From Methanobacteriota archaeon (GTDB taxonomy: Archaea; Thermoplasmatota; Thermoplasmata; SG8-5; JAGLSY01), in contig JAEHCQ010000002.1 of NCBI GenBank assembly GCA_020696385.1, positions 303,012 through 367,011 on the forward strand: a stretch of DNA of 64,000 nt, in the 5' to 3' direction. The notes beneath the pieces were generated by a model. That model was not told where the DNA came from and made no database searches. It saw only the letters and a program-made list of their open reading frames with translations. Positions 38,110 to 47,518 of this stretch are shown here, one piece after another (positions within the stretch are counted from its first letter, which is position 1; each line of letters begins with the position of its first letter). The position numbers were made by a program, and so were the translations under genes.

Positions 38110-38640
38110 GTGAAAAAGATGAAAGCGCGAAAATATGAAGATGTGGAGTTCATCATCGATCAGAAAACAGATAATTTCAAGGCAAACCTCATATGGAAAA
38201 AGGGAGGGCTTTATCTTTCTCTTTCAGGTTTGTTCTTGACAGATGGAACCACGTGGTATGAATTACCGGTCAAGGACCTTGACAATATCTCCATAATACG
38301 AGAAGAACCCTTGAAATTGAAGTTCAAAATACCGTCTTTCGATGTCACGATTTCCGGAGATCACGCGGAGCGACTTCTCGCTCTGAGACATTTTCTCCTT
38401 CCGTACATATCCGGTGGGGCTCATGGTAATGAGATGAAAGCTCTGCTGAAATTATGGGCCATCGGGGTTCGCGAGCCCTCCATTCTCAAAAAATTACTGG
38501 GTGTGGATGAAGAGAAAGTGATGGAATTGATCCAGAAAGCGAGGAAAGACAAGATCTTGTATGAAAATGGAGATATTGGCCCTAATGGCAATAATATGCT
38601 CACAGATGACGAGAGGGATTTTCTAGGCTTGGAGGATTAG
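38110..38640 (+). CDS. Hypothetical PH-like + wHTH protein (short CheF-like)
   Basis: WKKGGLYLSLSGLFL...YELPVKDLDNI N-terminal domain and LWAIGV...LLGVDEEKVMELI C-terminal HTH resemble archaeal CheF segments. Confidence 0.5.
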   Translation: MKKMKARKYEDVEFIIDQKTDNFKANLIWKKGGLYLSLSGLFLTDGTTWYELPVKDLDNISIIREEPLKLKFKIPSFDVTISGDHAERLLALRHFLLPYISGGAHGNEMKALLKLWAIGVREPSILKKLLGVDEEKVMELIQKARKDKILYENGDIGPNGNNMLTDDERDFLGLED

Positions 38641-38641
38641 A

Positions 38642-39538
38642 ATGGCAGACACTAATGATTTTGGGAGTTTTGCCGAGGCCATAAGTGCATTGGGCACCCT
38701 GAATAAATTGGAATCCGCCATAACGAGCGCTATCAACACATCGAAAGTCCCCCCTAAGGAGATCAGGAAATTCATGAAATGCTCTTCTGTGGAAGAGGCC
38801 AGTAGCACCCCGCTTTTCCAATTCATGGAGATACTGTTCAAGAAGATCGGATTGGGCACTCTTGTTCTTTCCAAGAACGATATCTTCAATTACGTATTCA
38901 TAGTTCCTGATTCTCCAGTAAGTCGTCTTTACCCAAATGTGAAGAATAAGAAAGTATGCTTCACCATATCTGAAGCTCTACAACAATTCTTTGAGAAGGA
39001 TCTTGGGATCCCGGGAAATGTCGAGGAGCTAAAATGTGTGAACCAGGGCAATGATGCCTGTGAATTTTCAGTAACAATGCAACCACTGGCAGTTTATCAT
39101 CATGTTCTGGATGCGGATGACAGGGACATCATAGGACATCTTACAGAATCCCAGAATCTCTCATCTATCGCGGATGATATCGAACTACATGAAGAAGAGA
39201 TCAAATACAGGATAGAATCACTGAAGAGATATCACATACTTGATGACACGAACAAGGTCACGGAGATCGGTGAGACCTATCATAAATATGGCAGAAGGGC
39301 GGATGATATCGATGAAGATTTCCCGCCACCATGGAAGGACATGGCGGAGATAAGCATGGCCATATCGGCATCCACCTCCTTCGCCGAGGCTTTCCTGGAA
39401 ACCAATAGGAAAGATCCATTGGTAGAGGATGTGAGTGATGATGCCATAGTGAACCTTACTGAAGAAGCTGAAAAGAGTACCAGCTTTGCAGAATTACTAT
39501 CAAAGACAATCAAAAAAGATGACAACAAGGAGGGTTGA
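38642..39538 (+). CDS. V4R-domain + wHTH protein
   Basis: GLGTL...DSPVS...VCF...VEELKCVNQGNDACEF, followed by an HTH ending VTEIG. Confidence 0.75.
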   Translation: MADTNDFGSFAEAISALGTLNKLESAITSAINTSKVPPKEIRKFMKCSSVEEASSTPLFQFMEILFKKIGLGTLVLSKNDIFNYVFIVPDSPVSRLYPNVKNKKVCFTISEALQQFFEKDLGIPGNVEELKCVNQGNDACEFSVTMQPLAVYHHVLDADDRDIIGHLTESQNLSSIADDIELHEEEIKYRIESLKRYHILDDTNKVTEIGETYHKYGRRADDIDEDFPPPWKDMAEISMAISASTSFAEAFLETNRKDPLVEDVSDDAIVNLTEEAEKSTSFAELLSKTIKKDDNKEG

Positions 39539-39540
39539 GA

Positions 39541-40416
39541 ATGAGCGAAAGAATAAAGACAGGAATATTTGGGCTTGACCAGCTGATGGAGGGTGGTATG
39601 AGAGACAATACCGCTGTCGTCATAGTCGGTTCAAGCGGTACTGGAAAAACGACCTTCGCTATCCAATTCTTGATGCACGGCATTGAGAATGGAGAGCAGG
39701 GTCTTTATGTGACGATGGAGGAATCTCCAGAGCAGATAATGAAGGAAGCTGAAATGATGGGTTGGAATATGAAAGAGCACTACGAGAAGTCTCTTTTCTT
39801 CATCCATCTAAAAGGCCAGAACTTCAAGAAGATGATCGAGGAAAAATTACCTCAGCTGGTGAAGGCCAGAAGTGATTATGACATAAGAACAAGAGTTGTC
39901 ATAGATCCGATGACACCCGTGATATGGGCGACAGAGGACAAGCTCCTGCAAAGGGAATTGATAGGCAAACTCTTCTACACTCTGAAAGAGCTTGGAGTGG
40001 TCATGGCCACGGTGGAGGAGCATTCCAGTCCCGGTGAGATGATCGGAGAGGATGTTCTATTGCCAGTGTATCTGTCCGATGGTGCGATCAATCTGGAATA
40101 TTATCCTATTGGCGGAGCTTTCAACAGGACCTTGAAGATAGTCAAGATGAGAGGAACCCACCATGGGGAAGGTGTATATCCATATATTTTCGCCAGGGGC
40201 GCGGGTGCCATTGTCAGGTCATCACCGGTCGAGAGCAGATCCGATGAGGGAATGAGCTATGACGAGGTGTTCGACGAGGCCATAAAGACGGCTGAATTCA
40301 TCAAGGCTCCAGCTCATGTGATGGAAAAGCTGAAGACGATGAAAGCTAACTGGACATACGATTACTCTCCAGAAGAGATATTACAGGTCATATTCGATTC
40401 ATATGATTTAAAATAA
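39541..40416 (+). CDS. Single-domain KaiC/RAD55-family ATPase
   Basis: IKTGIFGLDQL, GSSGTGKTT, TMEE, VVIDP, DGAI, KMRGT, plus an extra helical C-terminal tail. Confidence 0.9.
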   Translation: MSERIKTGIFGLDQLMEGGMRDNTAVVIVGSSGTGKTTFAIQFLMHGIENGEQGLYVTMEESPEQIMKEAEMMGWNMKEHYEKSLFFIHLKGQNFKKMIEEKLPQLVKARSDYDIRTRVVIDPMTPVIWATEDKLLQRELIGKLFYTLKELGVVMATVEEHSSPGEMIGEDVLLPVYLSDGAINLEYYPIGGAFNRTLKIVKMRGTHHGEGVYPYIFARGAGAIVRSSPVESRSDEGMSYDEVFDEAIKTAEFIKAPAHVMEKLKTMKANWTYDYSPEEILQVIFDSYDLK

Positions 40417-40437
40417 ATCCAGTGTTGAGGTGATCAT

Positions 40438-41229
40438 ATGGTTGACCAAAAGAACATAGATAAGAGGATGGAAGCCAAGAACGTGGTCCAGCTAAAGCAC
40501 ATGCTGGTCATGGAGCTCAACCAGGTCAAGGAAGAGAACGATATCGATATAGTGATGTTCATGGGAGTGGATGGAAGAGTATTCTCATCCATAATACCCC
40601 CAATATTAGACGCACCCCAATTCAAACTTCTCAATCTTGTAAAATCAAATATGGTTCATATATGTCGTCAATTGGATGCGGAAAATATGAAATCCAGTAT
40701 CCAGGAATACAGCTTCGGCACAGTGATAATAACAGGTGTGGGCGATAATGCGTTCCTGGCATCTTTATTCGTGAATCCCCCAACCAGTGATGAATTGGGA
40801 AAGGTCACGAGCAATCTGGTTCGAGGCAGCAGGGTGATGAATCACCTGTTCCAGTTAAGGCCGATAACTGATGAATACATGGAAGGCTATGACAAAGATG
40901 TGGTTGATGAGCTTAAAGGTCTTACAAGGCGCTTGTTCGTGGAGAAATTCGATGAGACCAGAGAGTACAAGCGAAACATGGAGATCCTTGAATATCTCAA
41001 AAAGAAGATCGGAAGTGTGGTTGGTATAGGTGCCATTGACGAGGTTGTCACCCTGACAATGAATGAACTGGGTGCCAGAGCGGCCTATATGAAAGGCAGG
41101 CAATGGGTGACCTTTACCGAGATGGCGATAAACAATCACATTCGTAAATCATCGGGAGATATGGTGGCAGATGAATGCTTGAAGAACTGGATTCCAGAAG
41201 TTGAAAGAATGCTGAAGTCCTTTGTTTGA
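40438..41229 (+). CDS. Roadblock/LC7-like domain protein with C-terminal helical domain
   Basis: VMFMGVDGRVFSS...SIQEYSFGTVIITGVGDNAFLASL...LG roadblock-like pattern. Confidence 0.6.
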   Translation: MVDQKNIDKRMEAKNVVQLKHMLVMELNQVKEENDIDIVMFMGVDGRVFSSIIPPILDAPQFKLLNLVKSNMVHICRQLDAENMKSSIQEYSFGTVIITGVGDNAFLASLFVNPPTSDELGKVTSNLVRGSRVMNHLFQLRPITDEYMEGYDKDVVDELKGLTRRLFVEKFDETREYKRNMEILEYLKKKIGSVVGIGAIDEVVTLTMNELGARAAYMKGRQWVTFTEMAINNHIRKSSGDMVADECLKNWIPEVERMLKSFV

Positions 41230-41241
41230 TAAGGTGTAGGG

Positions 41242-43944
41242 ATGGCCGAAAAAACTACTAAGGGAAAGGGAAAGAAGAATAAGCAAAAGGGTCAGAAGAA
41301 GCAACCCTCCGAGACCCCTCCTAAGGAATCCCCTTCCACAAAAAAGAAGGCCAATTACGAATGTGGTTATTGCGGTAAGATTGTTAGCAATGCTCACAAT
41401 CTTAAAGTCCACGAGCACCACTGCAGATCAAAGAGCGAGGATAAAGAAAAGAAGGAAGCGAACAGGGAGATCGAGTCCGCAGTGAGGAAGTTGCAGGACG
41501 AGTTCGAGGATCAGAGAGATAAATTTCAGAAAGAGGCCTCGGACAGGGAAGATCTATTGCGACAGGAATTGGAAGAATTAAAGGATATTTTAAGACTGGA
41601 GATAAGAAGAACTCATCATGATAAAAATCATGATGAGCAACACGATCAACCACCAGAGGATGAGCATGAGAAAGGATCAGAGATACCTCAACAAAAAAAG
41701 GTCCATGATCCACATGTCCATCTTGCCCCTGGTATTGTCATTCCCGAGAAGCCAGAGATGGTGAGGGATGAAGAAAAGGTCGAGATCACGGAGAAGATCA
41801 TTGAACCCCCTATCTCGGAACCAGTCCCTGTTATCCCAGATTCCACCCCCACCGCCATTCCAGAATCTGGCTCTGCCATTCCAGAACCTCAACCTGTGGT
41901 CGAGCCTGTTGCACCAATGCAGACAGTACCGATCCTGGTAAAGACCGAAAGTGATCCTGTTCCAATATCTGCAAGCAATGTTGCACCAATTCCCAGTAAT
42001 GAAAGCCCAGGAATTTCCAGGGAAATGATTCAGGATCTGATAAGAGAGGAAATAGGAACCCCCGCTTCAGTTACAGGCCAACCAATGCAGATATCCGATG
42101 ATAGGTTAGAAGTCATAGAGAACAAAATCAAGTCACTATCTTCGAGCATTGACCAGATATCTGAGAATATGAAAACAACAGAAGAAAGAACCCTCAAGAC
42201 TTTGAAAACAAAACTATCTGGTATGGACTCGAAAAGATTCGATAGGGAGATCGAAAAGATATCCGATAGGGTCTTTGACGTCATGGACGAAATCGGATAT
42301 GGTGAGAGTTTGAATGTTGCCAAGATACCTCCAAATATCCTGGAGATCGTTTATAGCGCGACATTGGAAGATGTTGTGAAAGAGATGAACAAAGCTCTCG
42401 GAGATCAGGAGGCGGAGCGGAAGATCAACAAGGCATTGGAGGATGTTCGTCTCAGAACCAGTGGTAGCGAGCTTTTCAGATTCGATGGAAGGAGGATAGT
42501 GACCGAGAATCTTGCTAGATCCTTGGAAACTCATATGATATCCGCCAAACAGATCCAGACCACATATACGGAGCTTTTGAAAAAGCTCCTGGAGACAATT
42601 CCAGGATACAAGGCCAAGAACTTCCAGGCCATGATCAAGATCAAAAGTCAGGAATACGCGGTTGACAAGGCTACAGTTTTAAGTGCTGGCGCGACTCGAC
42701 TTGAGAGCAATATGAACAATATGGGCCAAATGATCGCAGCCTTTTCTTCCCAGCTCAGTGCAAGAGCATTGCAATTGGAAGGGGATATAAAACAAAATCA
42801 GGAAGATATAGCCAGCAAGAGCGATAAGGCGGACATCGAAAGCCTCTTGACCAATATGATGGAGAGAGCCGAATCTGATAGATCAATGAGATCGAATTTG
42901 GAAGCAATGAAGGAAGAGATAGATGCTATCAGGGAGCTCTCTGGAACTCTGTCGCAAAAACTTGAAGATTACATGAGCTCTGGTTCGAAAGGGCCAGTCA
43001 AAGATAAAAAGGCTCAAAAAGAGAAGAAAGTGACAGAGCCCGAGGTCGAAAAAAAGTCCTCGGAGGGAGTGATTTCAGAACCAGAAAAAGAACCCAAAGT
43101 GGAGAAGAAGAAGACCATCAGGGATCAGATCCTTGAAGCTGTATCTGAGGGATCGACCAGTAAAACAGCGATCAAGAATAAATTGAAGATAACTGACAGT
43201 GTTTTGAGCAAAGAACTGGAGGCTCTAGTTAAGGCCAAGAAGATCCTGAAGAAAGGATCGAAGAATAGACCTTCCTATGCCATGCCAGAGGGATATAAGA
43301 AACCTGAAGAACCATCTGATGTAATAATCAAGGACAAAGCAACAAAACCAAAAAAAGAAGAAACGAAGCAGAAGGATGATGGTAAGGCATCTGATAATAA
43401 GAAGTCCAAGACCGGGGAAAAAGAAGAGCCAAAGAATAAGAAAGAAAAATCTCCGGCAAAAACTGATGGTGAAGCAGCCAAGGGGTCGAAAAAGAAGGAA
43501 GAGGCTGAACCCAAGGCCGCGGGCAAGAAGAAGGAGAAAGAAAAACCCAAGGATGATGCGGAGATCGAAATGACCTCCATCAAGCCAGCTGAGAAGCAAA
43601 AAGCCACAGCCAGTGTGGAATCAACAGAGGTAGAGAAGAAACCTACCCCCTCATCCGATAAAGTGGAAGAAGTTCTTCCCCCATCCAAGACCATGAAGGA
43701 TCTGGATGACTCGGAGAAGAAGGTTCTGGATGCCATACCCACGTCCGGAATCACATTGGCAAATCTTAAAAAGACAGTTGCCAAGGATGTGAAATACACG
43801 GTGGTCCTGAGGGCTTTACGTGTATTATTGGACTCTGGACTGGCGGAAGCCACCACCCAGGGTCGTCATACCGTATATCAAAAGATCAATGTCAAAAAAA
43901 TGGATAAAACTGGAAAGAAGAAAGATAAACAGGAGGTGAAGTAA
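41242..43944 (+). CDS. 900-aa multidomain protein: C2H2 Zn finger, coiled coils, Pro-rich and Lys/Glu-rich linkers, two wHTH-like domains
   Basis: CGYCGKIVSNAHNLKVHEHHC; RDQILEAV...LSKELEALVKAKKI; EKKVLDAI...VLRALRVLLDSGL. Confidence 0.75.
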   Translation: MAEKTTKGKGKKNKQKGQKKQPSETPPKESPSTKKKANYECGYCGKIVSNAHNLKVHEHHCRSKSEDKEKKEANREIESAVRKLQDEFEDQRDKFQKEASDREDLLRQELEELKDILRLEIRRTHHDKNHDEQHDQPPEDEHEKGSEIPQQKKVHDPHVHLAPGIVIPEKPEMVRDEEKVEITEKIIEPPISEPVPVIPDSTPTAIPESGSAIPEPQPVVEPVAPMQTVPILVKTESDPVPISASNVAPIPSNESPGISREMIQDLIREEIGTPASVTGQPMQISDDRLEVIENKIKSLSSSIDQISENMKTTEERTLKTLKTKLSGMDSKRFDREIEKISDRVFDVMDEIGYGESLNVAKIPPNILEIVYSATLEDVVKEMNKALGDQEAERKINKALEDVRLRTSGSELFRFDGRRIVTENLARSLETHMISAKQIQTTYTELLKKLLETIPGYKAKNFQAMIKIKSQEYAVDKATVLSAGATRLESNMNNMGQMIAAFSSQLSARALQLEGDIKQNQEDIASKSDKADIESLLTNMMERAESDRSMRSNLEAMKEEIDAIRELSGTLSQKLEDYMSSGSKGPVKDKKAQKEKKVTEPEVEKKSSEGVISEPEKEPKVEKKKTIRDQILEAVSEGSTSKTAIKNKLKITDSVLSKELEALVKAKKILKKGSKNRPSYAMPEGYKKPEEPSDVIIKDKATKPKKEETKQKDDGKASDNKKSKTGEKEEPKNKKEKSPAKTDGEAAKGSKKKEEAEPKAAGKKKEKEKPKDDAEIEMTSIKPAEKQKATASVESTEVEKKPTPSSDKVEEVLPPSKTMKDLDDSEKKVLDAIPTSGITLANLKKTVAKDVKYTVVLRALRVLLDSGLAEATTQGRHTVYQKINVKKMDKTGKKKDKQEVK

Positions 43945-43945
43945 T

Positions 43946-44572
43946 TTGTTAGATGTAGCACTCGTATCTTTGATTCAAGATATGAGCGAAAAAGCTGGTG
44001 TCGAAGGCACCATACAATATTGGGCTAGAGTAGGTGAAAGCTTGGCCAAAAGAATGGGCAAGGAAGCGTACATGGGATGGCCGTCATTTAATGTGGCTTT
44101 GAGAGAAGGAAGAACAGCATTCTCCATCGAGGGATCTGTCACAGCATTGACCGATCTTGCCATAACGGATGTGGATGGCGATGTCGTTGGATACATATAT
44201 GCTCTTGAAACATGCGTGTTCAACCCCACCACTGTACGAATAAGGTACAGTGTGGGAGAACTGCCAAGAGCGGACAGGGCTGTTGCTGATGAATACAATA
44301 ATAGCGTGAGGGACACGGCGGTATGTAATTTCTGTGTCATCCATCAGAGGTTCAGGGAAGAGGTTTCCAAGAACATCGCTATTGCGGATCAGCAATTGGA
44401 TTGTATCCAGCTGGCGGCAAGAGGTTTCACAGGAGAAACAAAGATCGCTGATGATTCCATGAAAAAGATAGGCATCAACCCAGAATATGTTCGCAGCCTT
44501 TTGCGAAACTACGCCTGCGTGTACGCCATCATGATGAAGGGCGCTCGTTTGAAAGGCGAAGAGGAGGATTAG
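43946..44572 (+). CDS. Hypothetical Cys-motif protein (V4R/MetOD1-like), paralogue 1
   Basis: TTG start after SD GGAGGTG; TCVF...CNFCVIHQRFR. Confidence 0.65.
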   Translation: MLDVALVSLIQDMSEKAGVEGTIQYWARVGESLAKRMGKEAYMGWPSFNVALREGRTAFSIEGSVTALTDLAITDVDGDVVGYIYALETCVFNPTTVRIRYSVGELPRADRAVADEYNNSVRDTAVCNFCVIHQRFREEVSKNIAIADQQLDCIQLAARGFTGETKIADDSMKKIGINPEYVRSLLRNYACVYAIMMKGARLKGEEED

Positions 44573-44585
44573 GAGGTGGTCTAAG

Positions 44586-45218
44586 ATGATAAAAACAAAA
44601 AATGAACTCCAGGAAAGAAGAGGATTGATTGATGATAATCCACTGGTCGATGTGGCCGCCTGTCTGTTCCTAGAGGATATCGCTGATAAGCAGGGTGCAA
44701 GTGGTATGAACAATTATCTTGTAAGTCTTGCAACCTCACTGGCAAAAAGCATGCCAGTGGAAGAGTATGATACTTGGGATGACTTCATCGACGCATTGGT
44801 AAATGGGGAATCCATCATATCTGCCTTTGAAGAGGTAGAAGCCATAACACCCAATTGCGCGGTCACCAAGAAATGCCCCTTCACGAGAGGCTGGCAGGAA
44901 TACACCAAAAGGATCGGTGAATTCTCCAAGATACACACGGATGTCGCAGAGTATTACAATTCCGTATACAAGCCATGTGTCATCAATTCAATGTGTATAA
45001 TACACCAGACATTCAGGAACGCCGCTGCTGAGAGAATAAACATAAAGGGCAAACCTCTGAAATGTGCCAATATCGCGGCCGTCTGGGAAGATGGAACGAG
45101 GAAGATCGCTCCAGATGAATGGTTGCCCATACTCCTTGAGAAGGCTCAGATAACCAGCACGGACCTCAATATGATCCTGCGAAATAATGCAGATGTTTGG
45201 GTGATCTACACAGATTGA
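44586..45218 (+). CDS. Hypothetical Cys-motif protein (V4R/MetOD1-like), paralogue 2
   Basis: SD GGAGGTGG; KCPF...MCIIHQTFR; aligns by eye with the upstream gene. Confidence 0.65.
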   Translation: MIKTKNELQERRGLIDDNPLVDVAACLFLEDIADKQGASGMNNYLVSLATSLAKSMPVEEYDTWDDFIDALVNGESIISAFEEVEAITPNCAVTKKCPFTRGWQEYTKRIGEFSKIHTDVAEYYNSVYKPCVINSMCIIHQTFRNAAAERINIKGKPLKCANIAAVWEDGTRKIAPDEWLPILLEKAQITSTDLNMILRNNADVWVIYTD

Positions 45219-45352
45219 GACACGAACCAATCTGTGAAGTGGTTTGAGTGAATCAGTGTTAGACATATCAAACATTGATCCACTCAAAATAAGGTCGCAT
45301 CAATGGAAGTGAGAGCCTGCAATTACTCGGAAGAAGCGGTGAAATAGAATAC

Positions 45353-45910
45353 TTGAAACTAGAGGAAGCTTCAGAGATAGACAGGTTCCACATCGTGGGT
45401 GTGGAGGAAGGCGATCTGGCCGGAGGTGGATTCGAGTTCTTCCGGGGATTGGGGATCATCGGTTATAGGAATACTTTCAAGATGTGGTTGAGGAAATTTC
45501 CACGACCGATATTCATCGTGGCAGTGAAAAATAGGAATATCGTGTCCTGGGTCTTCATAGAGGAATGGGACAGCACTGCCAGGGATGGATCATCAGTGTG
45601 GGTCCTCCGGGCCATAGAGACCATAGTGCCTCTTAGAAAGAACAAGGTCGGCCATAGATTATTGATGCTGGGCGCCAAGCACAGTGTGGGATACCTCATT
45701 ACGAAGCCTCTTACACCAGAGGCTTCGAGGTTCTTCGCCAGGGGTGGATTCATGGGAGTGACGGAGTTCAGAAAGGTCGCGATAGACCTTTCTCGCAATC
45801 CTGGCTATGTGATCCTACCACCTTTCCAGAAGAATAAATTAATAGATGGCATTGAAAGATATTTCGCCCCTCATCAGATGGGTGAGGACGAGGTAAAAGA
45901 TATATTGTGA
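45353..45910 (+). CDS. GNAT-like acetyltransferase-fold protein
   Basis: FIVAV....IVSW, LRAIET..LRKNKVGHRLL (motif A-like), ASRFFARGGF. Start uncertain. Confidence 0.55.
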   Translation: MKLEEASEIDRFHIVGVEEGDLAGGGFEFFRGLGIIGYRNTFKMWLRKFPRPIFIVAVKNRNIVSWVFIEEWDSTARDGSSVWVLRAIETIVPLRKNKVGHRLLMLGAKHSVGYLITKPLTPEASRFFARGGFMGVTEFRKVAIDLSRNPGYVILPPFQKNKLIDGIERYFAPHQMGEDEVKDIL

Positions 45911-45970
45911 ATGTTCCAGCCCCGGCTAACTTACTATCATGTTCTATCGAATTAGATAGTGTTTGATTAA

Positions 45971-46894
45971 TTATTTTACCCAATATGGACTGGCCAGATC
46001 CTCATGAGCGCTGTTAGCTGCTATCGCTCCTTCAGAGCAGGCTGTTATGATCTGCCTGAAGCCACCACTGACATCACCAGCGGCATAGAACATTGAGATG
46101 TTCGTTCTCTGCTCTTTATCCGTGATGACATATCCCTCATCATCTATCTCGATCCCAAGATCCTTTATGAGATCCGTTTGGGGGATATCGCCAATTGAAA
46201 TGAATACCCCGTTGAAATCCACATTCGACATTTCCGAGGTCTTCACATTTTTAATTCTCAATCCTTCCAGCATATTCTCTCCGAGGAATTCTTCGACCAC
46301 GGAATCATACATCACGTTTATGCCCATTTCCGCTATGGTTTCTTTGTGTCTATCCTCGGCCCTGAGCTCATCCCTTCTGTGGATGATGGTGACATCTATG
46401 CCTAGTTTCTTGAGGAATATGGCCTCGGTGGCCGCATTGTTGCCTCCACCCACTATGGCCACTTTCTTGCCCTTGAAAAAGAAACCATCGCAGGTGGCGC
46501 AGTATGAAACACCTTTACCCATCAATCGTCCTTCGCCAGGGGCGCCCAGTCTTTTGTGCACCGACCCAGTTACATAGATAACTGCTCTGAATTGATAATC
46601 GTCTTTGGATGTTTTAATAATGAAATAATCATCTTTCTTGGAAATAGCCTCCACCTTTTCGCTATCCTTGATCTCCACGTATTTTTTTGCCTGGGCACGC
46701 ATCTTATCCATAAGATCCATACCCGAGATCTCTTCAAAACCCGGATAGTTCTCGATCCAGGGGGCTGTATTCGCCTGGCCGCCGTATATTCCCTTGTCGA
46801 ATACGACTGCCTTCAACCCGCTGCGGATGGCGTAAATACCGGCGGTGAGACCACCGGGTCCACCGCCGATTATAGCTATATCCTGTATGATCAT
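45971..46894 (-). CDS. trxB: Thioredoxin reductase
   Basis: GGGPGG, ENYPGF, SYCATCDG, VGGGN, HRR, AAGD. Confidence 0.95.
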   Translation of the reverse strand: MIIQDIAIIGGGPGGLTAGIYAIRSGLKAVVFDKGIYGGQANTAPWIENYPGFEEISGMDLMDKMRAQAKKYVEIKDSEKVEAISKKDDYFIIKTSKDDYQFRAVIYVTGSVHKRLGAPGEGRLMGKGVSYCATCDGFFFKGKKVAIVGGGNNAATEAIFLKKLGIDVTIIHRRDELRAEDRHKETIAEMGINVMYDSVVEEFLGENMLEGLRIKNVKTSEMSNVDFNGVFISIGDIPQTDLIKDLGIEIDDEGYVITDKEQRTNISMFYAAGDVSGGFRQIITACSEGAIAANSAHEDLASPYWVK

Positions 46895-46918
46895 GTAATT
46901 TCTTCCTTTGTTCTTGAT

Positions 46919-47308
46919 TTATTGAAGCAATGAGTTGAGCTTCTGAATTATACTTTCCTTTGGAAGAGCTCCGACGGCTGTGTCGGCCAGTTCTCCATTG
47001 ACAAAGAATAACATAGTGGGTATGCTCATTATGCTGTGCCTCATTGGAATGTCCCTGTTCTCGTCCGTGTTGAGCTTTCCAAATGCAACTTTGCCTTTGT
47101 ATTCTCCTGCCAGTTCATCAATGGTAGGCCCTAGCATTCTGCAAGGTCCGCACCATGGTGCCCAGCAATCTATTAGCACAACATTGTACTTCTTAACAAA
47201 TTCATCGAAATTCTGATCTGTAACCGGTTCTGGTTTATCTGGCCAATCTGCTGTCATCATTAATTCCTCCAATTTTTTCTCTCTTATTATTTCCAATTCT
47301 TCGTCCAT
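46919..47308 (-). CDS. trxA: Thioredoxin
   Basis: WAPWCGPC, SIPT, GALPK. Confidence 0.93.
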   Translation of the reverse strand: MDEELEIIREKKLEELMMTADWPDKPEPVTDQNFDEFVKKYNVVLIDCWAPWCGPCRMLGPTIDELAGEYKGKVAFGKLNTDENRDIPMRHSIMSIPTMLFFVNGELADTAVGALPKESIIQKLNSLLQ

Positions 47309-47518
47309 CAATATCATTCCTTCCTTTAACCTTTTGGACAGGCTTGGATATACACGCCCAATTTCTTATAGACTAAATATATTTTCCCTCCTTTTTTTAT
47401 CACTGTTAACATCTGTTTGACAACTTCCTACCATCTATCCATATCTTCTGGTATGCTCTATCAGACCAAAATCGGGCCAATATTCAATCTTTAATAGAAT
47501 AAAGTCAATACCCGCTCG

